A stretch of DNA of 64,000 nucleotides from an uncultured Alphaproteobacteria bacterium (GTDB taxonomy: Bacteria; Pseudomonadota; Alphaproteobacteria; RF32; CAG-239), in assembly GCA_934248075.1 (NCBI GenBank), contig CAKQKH010000001.1:51771-115770 (forward strand), written 5' to 3'. The notes beneath the pieces were generated by a model, which worked only from the letters and a program-made list of their open reading frames with translations, ran no database searches and was not told where the DNA came from. Each line of letters begins with the position of its first letter. Positions within the stretch are counted from its first letter, which is position 1. The translations under genes were made by a program, and so were the position numbers. Below are positions 27,432 to 34,992 of this stretch, piece after piece.

Positions 27432-28694
27432 TTGAAACCTTTATTGATACTGATGCGCATTGTTTTTGTTGGTATTTTCTGGAGCCTTTTGTTTCTGGAA
27501 GGTATTCGCGTCATTATGCTCACAAACTGGCATTTTGACATCTTGCGCTTGGATCATTGGTTATATGCTTGGAATCTCTGGCTCGCCGGTTGGGTTATTG
27601 ATGACCCCAAAGAATGGGCCTTTGTCCTGATTATTCTGACCTTTATTCCGGTTTGGCTCACCGGTTGGACGGCTCTGAGCATGATTCATTGGGGCAATTT
27701 GTTGGCAGACATTCTTGAACTTCCGTTAAAAATATTCAAAAAACTATTTGAAAATCAGGTGCAAAAAATTGCCGCCTCTGCCAGCGTTAAGGTTGTCAAA
27801 AAGAAAAAATCTTATAAAGAAATCCGCCCTCGCAGCATTCGCCCGCCACTTGAAGACAGCGCCTATGCCTTGCCGGCGGATCGCAAAGCCGCTTTGTCCG
27901 GAATCCCCGCCAAACCCAAGGCCAAATCACCACAAGCTGACAACAAGCCTGTTGCCACCGGACCAGTTGAGTTTAATCACTCTCTGTTTCAATTTGATGA
28001 TGATGACAACACAGATTTTGACTTTGACCTTTTTGATGATAGCAAAGCCCAAAAAGAATCCGCCTCGGCTCCGGCTCAGGCTGAAGAACCACAACCGGCC
28101 AAATCAGACAAATCTGACAATCGCACCTCCAATCGTGGCAAGCCAGACCGTCAAAACCATCAACGCGGCGGCGCTCAGACGTCATCTCGCGGCAGCAGCA
28201 ATTCAACCTTTGATATTCTCAAACAAAAAGGTTATGAGATTATTACCGGCGCCACTATCAAAAACACCCTTATTGACTTCATTGGTGTTTCCGGCTCCAC
28301 CATTTGCCTGTGTCTCAATGACAAAGAACCCGGAGACTGGCTTGCTGATGAAGAGCGTTTTAATGATGAAGAACCTTTGTGGTTTTCTGAGAGTTCCCAC
28401 CGTATTTCTCCGGTTCGCAAAATAGATGTTGCCCGCAACATTCTTACTGAAAAATTGAGCGAAGCCAACCTTCCGTATAAAATTGAAGCTTTCGTAATTG
28501 AACAAATCGGCAATATCATTAATGCTGAAGATATGTTTGACATTTGGGATAATATGAATATTAACGTAACTCGTATTGATCGCGGCACCCCCAAAGAAAT
28601 TAAGCTTTTTGCCAAAACTTTGGAAGACGCCGACGGCAAAGTTGATAAAGCTGATTTTGAAAAAATCAGAAAATTAATTCGTGGAATTGCATAA
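27432..28694 (+). CDS. Membrane protein with paralogous Trp-rich N-terminal module, disordered linker and unknown C-terminal globular domain (operon gene 5)
   Basis: The track starts this ORF at TTG 27372. I prefer in-frame TTG 27432 because GGAGA sits 9 nt upstream. That start also gives MKPLLILMRIVFVGIFWSLLFL, which is colinear with gene 4's MKKLLKIFRTALVGLLWTYLFL. Confidence 0.5.
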   Translation: MKPLLILMRIVFVGIFWSLLFLEGIRVIMLTNWHFDILRLDHWLYAWNLWLAGWVIDDPKEWAFVLIILTFIPVWLTGWTALSMIHWGNLLADILELPLKIFKKLFENQVQKIAASASVKVVKKKKSYKEIRPRSIRPPLEDSAYALPADRKAALSGIPAKPKAKSPQADNKPVATGPVEFNHSLFQFDDDDNTDFDFDLFDDSKAQKESASAPAQAEEPQPAKSDKSDNRTSNRGKPDRQNHQRGGAQTSSRGSSNSTFDILKQKGYEIITGATIKNTLIDFIGVSGSTICLCLNDKEPGDWLADEERFNDEEPLWFSESSHRISPVRKIDVARNILTEKLSEANLPYKIEAFVIEQIGNIINAEDMFDIWDNMNINVTRIDRGTPKEIKLFAKTLEDADGKVDKADFEKIRKLIRGIA

Positions 28695-28709
28695 GCTCAA
28701 GAGGAACAA

Positions 28710-30941
28710 ATGGCTGTTGAAAAAAAAGGAGAAGAATGGGAAGAATATAATAGCGCCGTCCGCTGGATGGTGATTACGGTTATAATTTCTACCCTGATTA
28801 CAATTTTTTTGGCTTTGGTCGCCATGCCGCTTGGTTATCTTATCGGCACTGGTATTTCCAAAGACAGTATCAATGATGTCTCTCGCTTTTTTAATCTGGT
28901 ATTTATGAAACCGGGATATCTGTATTCTCGTTATTGGAATTGGTTTAAACAGCTACTCAACTATCACGGTGATTTTTCTTTTAGCTTATGGATACCGATT
29001 CTTCCTTTCATCAGTTTTCCTACCGGACTAATCACCGGACTAATCACCAATCCCTACCGTTTTCAGTCAAATATTCATGGCTCGGCTCGCTTAGCCACGG
29101 AAAAAGACATCAACAAAATGGCTCTGCTTGGGTTTGATGGCTTTTGTCAGGTTGTCGGCAAATTCAACAATAAGCTTCTTTTGCTCAAGGAAACCCTTTC
29201 CACTCTGTGCTGCGCTCCTCCGGGTACTGGTAAAACTGCCGGCGTGGTTATTCCAACCATTTTTCACTCGCCCACTCTTAGCATTATCGTTAATGACCCT
29301 AAACCAGAGTTGTGTTTCCAAACCTCCGGCGCTCGTGCCAAAGTAGGGCCTGTGTTCATCATCAACTGGGGTATGGAAGATAACCCTGCTGAAGGTATTT
29401 ATTATCCAAGCTGGAACCCGCTTTCACCTGGGGCTGTTCCGGCTCCTGGTCCATCGCGCGATATGTATATCGATTCCATGTGTAAAGTATTGGTGGAAGA
29501 CCCCAAAGGCGGCGCTGACCCTCACTGGTCAACTACCGGTCGCGCGGCGCTTACCGGATTTTTGCACTTTATTGTTTCCAAATGCGAAAAAGCTCGCGCC
29601 AATGACTACTTTATCGGACGCGTCTATGAGGGCAAACTCGATGATGAAGATCGCAAGGTTCTTGAGGGTTATTATCTGGAGATGAATGATCCGTCTTCTT
29701 CCCGCGCTTTGCAAAATTTGCGTCAGGGAACCCTTAATATAGATAATTACCTGCCAATTGGAACTTGGGCGCTATTACCGGAGAAATGGATTGGCCACGA
29801 AGCTTGTATTGCCATGATTTTGGAATGGATTACCGAGGCTCAAATCAAACAATCACAAGATATTAAACGCCGTATGGATGAAGGCGATCAAATGGCTGCC
29901 ATGGCCGACCCCATGCGTGATTTGCTGGAGGAAGCCATTGAAGAGGCTCGCAAATTCGGTTACGCCCAACGCTGTATTGTTGAGTTGAGCCAGCTTAGCG
30001 CCATGCCTGATAAAGAGCGCGGCTCCGTAATGTCCACCGCCTTTGCCGGCATTGGCATTTTCAAAAACTCGGCCGTGGTTGCCCGCACCAGTTTCAGCGA
30101 CTTATCGTTTAAGGATTTACGCGGTCTAAAAGACCCCATTACCGGAGAGTTCAAGCCTATTTCGGTTTATCTTTCAGTCAACCAGGTAGATGCCCGCGCT
30201 TTGAGTGTTATTTCCGGCACCTTTATTGACCTTATGTCATCATACCTTATTGCTAACCCGCCCAAATTTCATAACCCCACTGACGGCGTTATGGGACCAT
30301 ATTCCTGCTTGTTCGTGCTGGACGAGTTTCCAACCATGCCCAAACTAAAAGCGGTTATTGACGGTCCGGCGGTAGGACGTGGCCAAAAAGTGTCTTATCT
30401 GCTTATCGGCCAAGACTTAGGCCAAATTTCCGGTAAATATGGTAAAGATGACCTCGAAACCGTTATTTCTACCACCGCATGCAAAGTTATTCTGTCACAA
30501 AACAACGAACAAACCGCCCAGCGTTTTTCTAAAATGATTGGTAACAAAACCGTTCAAACCACCTCTTTTTCCAAAAATGAAGGCGGTTTTAGCAAAGGCA
30601 CCAACCCATTTGCCAAAAACGTCAGCTACCAGTTGCAAGGTGTTTCGGTTATCTCAACCACTCAGCTTTTGAGCTTGCCAATGCTCAAACAAGTTGTGCT
30701 TATGCAAAGTTACATTGATCGCCCGATTATGGCCGATTCCCCCCGTTGGTATCTTGATAAAAAGATGAAGGCTTTGCGCAACCTGCCCACCGCGCCAAAT
30801 GTTCCTGACTGGATTGTTGCTCAGCGTGAGGATATCAATGATGATATGCTGGCCAAGCTTGGAATTGACTATGATCCTAATGAAGATTTTGATGATTCTG
30901 AGTTTGAAGATGAAGAAACAGAGGATTCTGCTGAATCCTAA
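28710..30941 (+). CDS. virD4: Type IV secretion coupling protein, VirD4/TraG family
   Basis: It has two N-terminal TM segments, the HGSARLATEKDI entry motif and Walker A CCAPPGTGKTAGVVIPT. Other matches are NDPKPEL, HWSTTGRAALTGFL, Walker B CLFVLDEFPTMPKL, LLIGQDLGQISGKYGKDDLETVISTTACKVILSQNNEQTAQRFS and an acidic C-terminal tail. Confidence 0.82.
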   Translation: MAVEKKGEEWEEYNSAVRWMVITVIISTLITIFLALVAMPLGYLIGTGISKDSINDVSRFFNLVFMKPGYLYSRYWNWFKQLLNYHGDFSFSLWIPILPFISFPTGLITGLITNPYRFQSNIHGSARLATEKDINKMALLGFDGFCQVVGKFNNKLLLLKETLSTLCCAPPGTGKTAGVVIPTIFHSPTLSIIVNDPKPELCFQTSGARAKVGPVFIINWGMEDNPAEGIYYPSWNPLSPGAVPAPGPSRDMYIDSMCKVLVEDPKGGADPHWSTTGRAALTGFLHFIVSKCEKARANDYFIGRVYEGKLDDEDRKVLEGYYLEMNDPSSSRALQNLRQGTLNIDNYLPIGTWALLPEKWIGHEACIAMILEWITEAQIKQSQDIKRRMDEGDQMAAMADPMRDLLEEAIEEARKFGYAQRCIVELSQLSAMPDKERGSVMSTAFAGIGIFKNSAVVARTSFSDLSFKDLRGLKDPITGEFKPISVYLSVNQVDARALSVISGTFIDLMSSYLIANPPKFHNPTDGVMGPYSCLFVLDEFPTMPKLKAVIDGPAVGRGQKVSYLLIGQDLGQISGKYGKDDLETVISTTACKVILSQNNEQTAQRFSKMIGNKTVQTTSFSKNEGGFSKGTNPFAKNVSYQLQGVSVISTTQLLSLPMLKQVVLMQSYIDRPIMADSPRWYLDKKMKALRNLPTAPNVPDWIVAQREDINDDMLAKLGIDYDPNEDFDDSEFEDEETEDSAES

Positions 30942-30943
30942 CA

Positions 30944-31549
30944 ATGAGGAAACCGTTCATGCTGGAATGGTCAAAACCAACGCCAAAATCGGATATTGAC
31001 ACTCCGCATAATTCTTTGCGCGAGCATAGCGCTGATATTATCTCTCCGAAAACACCGTCGGCTCCGTCAGCATCTTTGACCTCAATCATCTACCCTGATG
31101 AAACCCCCTCTCCTCAGCAAATGAAAAATTTGTTGTCTGACTGCATAAACAACTTTGCTCTTCACAATATTGAACTCAAAGAATGCTCATATCAGCCGCA
31201 AACTTGGGCTGAAATGTACAAGAATTACATTGAATATACTCGTTTGCGGCAAAACTTTTTAAGATTTATCAGCCTAACCAAAAGTGACGAATGTAAATTA
31301 ATTGGGTTTGATGATGAGGATATGGAGCTTCTCAAAAATAAGCAATCTCCCGAAAACTACAATACTCACCTAAAAATACCTTTTGATTTTGGCGGTAAGC
31401 TAAATCTTGATAATATCTGTCTTATCAAAACTAACCCTCTTCATGACCAAATTCACCAAATGATAGAAATGCAAATTGGCTGTGGTTTTCTCAAGCAACA
31501 TAAAATAATATATATTCCATGGTTTGACGGGAGCCTTTACCATGAATAA
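30944..31549 (+). CDS. Putative HNH (beta-beta-alpha-Me) nuclease toxin, colicin/pyocin DNase-like C-terminal motif
   Basis: YNTHLKIPFDFGGKLNLDNICLIKTNPLHDQIH aligns by eye with the colicin E9 DNase motif as I recall it, [33 protein letters not shown]. The H..GG..DNI..P..H..IH spacing agrees within 1 residue. It starts 2 nt after the virD4 stop. Confidence 0.5.
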   Translation: MRKPFMLEWSKPTPKSDIDTPHNSLREHSADIISPKTPSAPSASLTSIIYPDETPSPQQMKNLLSDCINNFALHNIELKECSYQPQTWAEMYKNYIEYTRLRQNFLRFISLTKSDECKLIGFDDEDMELLKNKQSPENYNTHLKIPFDFGGKLNLDNICLIKTNPLHDQIHQMIEMQIGCGFLKQHKIIYIPWFDGSLYHE

Positions 31550-31988
31550 GGAACTTATTGACAAACTTTGCAATCAACCTGCTTGTGTCTCTTTTCCGCC
31601 GGCTGTAAAAGCTGATATCGTCAGAGCCTTAGAGCAACTTAAAGAACTAAAATTTGCCGCTCCCACGCCCGATTATATGGCTTTTTTGAGCTATTTGGAT
31701 GGCTACTATTATGACGGATTAGAACTATTTGGCATTAGAACCCATTTGCGGATTTCCAAACAATACACTTTTTCCAATTTGGTTGAGCAGAACCGCAATT
31801 TTTGCCAATACACTTTTTTCATTGGCAAACTAATTATCGGACGCCTGTCAGAACATTTTATAATTTATGATGAACGCAACAAACTATACGCCATTATAGA
31901 TCGTGTAAACCTATGCCCAATGGTTGAATTTTCTGATTTTGACGATTTGTTATCAACTCTATTGCAATTTTGCAGTGTTACCGCCTAA
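31542..31988 (+). CDS. SUKH/SMI1-KNR4-like putative immunity protein
   Basis: VRALEQLKELKFAAPTPDYMAFLSYLDGYYYDGLELFGI, then FIIYDERNKLYAIID and EFSDFDDLL, follow the SUKH-1 pattern (L..lP.dY..FL...nG...g...fgi ... vy.id ... sF.d.l). ATG 31542 overlaps the toxin ORF by 8 nt. Confidence 0.45.
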   Translation: MNKELIDKLCNQPACVSFPPAVKADIVRALEQLKELKFAAPTPDYMAFLSYLDGYYYDGLELFGIRTHLRISKQYTFSNLVEQNRNFCQYTFFIGKLIIGRLSEHFIIYDERNKLYAIIDRVNLCPMVEFSDFDDLLSTLLQFCSVTA

Positions 31989-32170
31989 TCATCATCGCTT
32001 TTATCAGCAGCCTCTTCAAGCTGTTGCAAGTCTTCTTCATCAATTTCAGCGGCTTCAAACCTGTATTTTTCATTAAACCAATTGCCCAAGTCAATATCAG
32101 CGCATCTTTTGCTGCAAAACGGACGATATTTCAAATCCGTAAATTCCTTTTTGCAAATTGGACACTTCAT
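31985..32170 (-). CDS. yacG: DNA gyrase inhibitor YacG (zinc-ribbon)
   Basis: MKCPICKKEF....YRPFCSKRCADIDLGNWFNEKY is the YacG signature, followed by an acidic tail. Confidence 0.85.
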   Translation of the reverse strand: MKCPICKKEFTDLKYRPFCSKRCADIDLGNWFNEKYRFEAAEIDEEDLQQLEEAADKSDDD

Positions 32171-33327
32171 TTTTCAACCCTTCCGCTGCCTTTACAGGTC
32201 GGACATTCAACACTATAAATATCCAACAAGCTCGGCCGGCGCCGCGAACGAACAATTTCCACCAATCCGGCGTGGCTCAATCCATAAACAAAAGTTCTGA
32301 CGGTATCATTTCGCAATTTTGTTTCCAATATTTCTATGGTATTTTTTAGATAGCGATATTCCGATGCCCCTGCAAAATCAATCACTATTTTGCCAGACAG
32401 ATTGCGCAATATTATCTGATGCGCAATTTCTTCAGCGGCCTCATTATTCAGCCGACCCAAACTGCCAGCTCCGTCATCTTCACCGCTGTCAACGTCAATT
32501 GCCGTACAGGCTCTGGTTTCCTCTATAATGATTCTTCCGCCGTTTTTAAGCCTTACTTCCTTCTGCAAGGCATCGATAATCATATCTTCCAACCCTAATT
32601 CAACAAAAGGATTCGCCGCAAACTCAACCGCAAAATCATCTTTCAAAGCGTTTTCAATATTATGATCATTAACCACTATTTTAGTCAAAGTATCTTTGTA
32701 ACGATTAATTGTATCGCTTATTATACAGCTGCGTTCCAACAATAATGCCGGCGCTTTAGCTGTTTTGGCTTTTTGCCGAACCTCGTCAAATTTTTCGCGC
32801 AAAATTTCCATTTCCGCTTTAATGTCGTTTAATTCAGCATCTGCCGCAGATGTTCTGATAATCCAACCTTCTTGTCCGGTAGTGTTTTCCCTAACAAACT
32901 TTTTCAAATCATCAGCTTTTAACTTATCGCTGATTTTAGTAGATGCCTCAATGTTCATTCTATAAGGACAATAAACCAGATTTTGCCCCACAAACTGCAA
33001 TGAACGAACTAATTTTGCGCCTTTTTCCGCCCGCTGTTCCTGCACAACCTGTGCCACCACTTCTTGCCCTTCATTGGCATTTAATTCGTCGCGATCATAT
33101 TCCTCAGCATTAATAAAAGCTTCTCTGTCATCGCCGATATTAACGAAATAACCTATTTTTCCATTAGCTAATTCTATTTTCTTAGTAATTCTGCCTAAAT
33201 AGACATTTCCTTCAGCTGCTTTTGACAAATCAGCTATTTCCAAAGTTTGCAAAACTCCGTTTGCCAACCCCGCCAAACGAACAACCTGATTTTTTTTCTC
33301 ATAAACAATAGTGTCAACAATCGTCAT
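32167..33327 (-). CDS. rng: Ribonuclease E/G family protein (RNase G-like, short form)
   Basis: S1 domain NVYLGRITKKIE...GYFVNIGDDREAFI and catalytic-core motifs TAIDVDSGE and GKIVIDFAG. ATG 33327 is preceded by AGGAGG, and track start 33381 would overlap maf. Confidence 0.85.
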   Translation of the reverse strand: MTIVDTIVYEKKNQVVRLAGLANGVLQTLEIADLSKAAEGNVYLGRITKKIELANGKIGYFVNIGDDREAFINAEEYDRDELNANEGQEVVAQVVQEQRAEKGAKLVRSLQFVGQNLVYCPYRMNIEASTKISDKLKADDLKKFVRENTTGQEGWIIRTSAADAELNDIKAEMEILREKFDEVRQKAKTAKAPALLLERSCIISDTINRYKDTLTKIVVNDHNIENALKDDFAVEFAANPFVELGLEDMIIDALQKEVRLKNGGRIIIEETRACTAIDVDSGEDDGAGSLGRLNNEAAEEIAHQIILRNLSGKIVIDFAGASEYRYLKNTIEILETKLRNDTVRTFVYGLSHAGLVEIVRSRRRPSLLDIYSVECPTCKGSGRVEK

Positions 33328-33340
33328 TTTTTCCTCCTGT

Positions 33341-33910
33341 TTATTTAATTCCGGCACCAAACAACAAATTTCTGGTCTCAAACAGTGGCAAGCCTACCAC
33401 TCCAGAATAAGAGCCTACCATTTTGCGCACCAAACCGGCCAAACGCCCCTCAATTTTATAACCGGCGCAACCAACCCATTCATGCGATTCCACATACTCG
33501 CAAATTTCCTGTTCCGACATATTTTTCATCATAATTTTAGTCATATTCAAACGCGTGGATTCTCTGCCCGCCGCATCAATCACACACACCGCGCTCAATA
33601 CTTTGTGAGCTTTGCCAGATATAAGCCGCATAACCTCTTTTTGTTCTTCATCACTATGTGATTTTTGAATAATTTTCCGCCCGCAAACAATTATCGTATC
33701 ACAAGCCAACACCACTTTTCCCTTATGTTTTTTTGCCACATGACGAGCTTTCTCCACTGCCATTCTCTTCACATAAGCAGATGCTTTTTCGTTCTTAAAT
33801 GGAGTTTCGTCAATATCTGCTGGTTCAATTATTGCCGGAACCATGTCTATTTGTTCCAACAAAAGTTTTCTTTGCGGCGAGCCTGAAGCCAAAATAAAAT
33901 CCTTAACCAC
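33341..33910 (-). CDS. maf: Maf-like nucleoside-triphosphate pyrophosphatase
   Basis: ILASGSPQRKLLLEQI, ACDTIV, GCAGYKIEG and VVGLPL motifs. Confidence 0.9.
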   Translation of the reverse strand: MVKDFILASGSPQRKLLLEQIDMVPAIIEPADIDETPFKNEKASAYVKRMAVEKARHVAKKHKGKVVLACDTIIVCGRKIIQKSHSDEEQKEVMRLISGKAHKVLSAVCVIDAAGRESTRLNMTKIMMKNMSEQEICEYVESHEWVGCAGYKIEGRLAGLVRKMVGSYSGVVGLPLFETRNLLFGAGIK

Positions 33911-34023
33911 TTATCGCTCCGAATATAACAAAAAAAGCAACTTTATTACGCCGCGCCAGAAACCTTAAGTTTACACCAAAAGTAGCTTAAACAGCTAATA
34001 AAATTGCTTTAATTCAAGTTAAA

Positions 34024-34458
34024 TTATTTAACTAACACATCATCATCATAAGTTTTTTCCATTCTTTCATGACGCTCTTGAGCCTCAACCGAAAGAGTGG
34101 CCACCGGACGAACCTCCAGACGCTCAATACCAATCGGATCACCGGTCTCTTCACAATATCCGTAAACTCCGTCTTCTATTCTTTTCAAAGCTTCATTAAT
34201 TTTAGATATCAATTTACGGGCGCGATCACGAGTACGCAATTCCAATGCTTTATCAGCTTCCAACGAGGCTCGATCAATCTGATCCGGCTGATTCAAACCA
34301 CCTTCTTTGAGTTCATTCAAAGTGTCTGTCGCCTGTCCTATCAAAGATTTTTTCCAATTTAACAGCTTCTGACGAAAATATTCCAACTGCATCTCATTCA
34401 TATATTCTTCGTCTGCTGAAGGTTTGTAATCAGGGGGCAGAATGATGTTACTTTCCAT
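34024..34458 (-). CDS. dksA: RNA polymerase-binding regulator DksA (only 1 of the 4 zinc-finger cysteines retained)
   Basis: YMNEMQLEYFRQKLLNWK, the coiled-coil tip DQIDRASLE and GVYGYCEETGDPIGIERLEVRPVATLSVEAQERHE. Compared with the E. coli C..C-x17-C..C, only the first Cys remains. Confidence 0.85.
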   Translation of the reverse strand: MESNIILPPDYKPSADEEYMNEMQLEYFRQKLLNWKKSLIGQATDTLNELKEGGLNQPDQIDRASLEADKALELRTRDRARKLISKINEALKRIEDGVYGYCEETGDPIGIERLEVRPVATLSVEAQERHERMEKTYDDDVLVK

Positions 34459-34559
34459 AAGTTTAACTCCTTAACATCAGTTTGTTTATCATATAGCAGG
34501 TAACATATAAAATTTAACGTAAAAATCAAGTAATTTTCACGTTTTATCACCTATCAAGC

Positions 34560-34982
34560 TCAAGATGTCAGTTTGGCCAACTCGACTTCCACTCTCAACT
34601 CAATCTCAGCCATAATTTCTTGCAATTTTGGATCAGAAGACTCCGCCTGATGCTCTTTTACAAATCTCGATATTTCTATCAATTTATCTTTTGATATATA
34701 TCCAAGCAGCAAAGCGTCGCGTATTTCCTCCAATTTTTCAATCAACGAAAAACCTCTTTTCACCAATTTTTTGCGAATTTCTTGTTCTTCTTCTCTCCCA
34801 ACAGCCTGCGCCGCAAAAATAGCGTCTGCCACAGCAATTCCTGATGTTCCGCCCACTTGTTGCGGCCGACTTGCCATAGTCTCATTCAAATAAGCGGCAA
34901 AGCTTTCTCCACCCGCAGATCTATGCGTGCTTTTTACATTATTTAAATCGTTGGTTTTATTAACATCATTAACCTTAATCAA
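34560..34982 (-). CDS. fliX: FliX-like class II flagellar assembly regulator
   Basis: 140 aa. AIFAAQAV..EEEQEIRKKLVKRGFSLIEKLEEIRDALLLG and the C-terminal SDPKLQEIMAEIELRVEVELAKL resemble alphaproteobacterial FliX as I recall it. Assignment from memory only. Confidence 0.45.
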   Translation of the reverse strand: MIKVNDVNKTNDLNNVKSTHRSAGGESFAAYLNETMASRPQQVGGTSGIAVADAIFAAQAVGREEEQEIRKKLVKRGFSLIEKLEEIRDALLLGYISKDKLIEISRFVKEHQAESSDPKLQEIMAEIELRVEVELAKLTS

Positions 34983-34992
34983 CCATTTTCCC

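Noticed and set aside
27748-28639. Alternative-frame ORFs 27748..28425 (+, 225 aa) and 28232..28639 (-, 135 aa) within operon gene 5.
   Set aside because: They overlap the longer frame, which shows paralogy to gene 4 and tight coupling to virD4. The P/L/R-rich translation is typical of an off-frame reading through the low-complexity linker.
23954-31988. Reading the T4CP operon as an integrative conjugative element or genomic island.
   Set aside because: The window has no integrase, relaxase, transposase, flanking direct repeats or adjacent tRNA; the only tRNA is 10 kb away at 13313. Composition looks like the surrounding genes by eye. An old, domesticated insertion cannot be excluded without whole-genome comparison.
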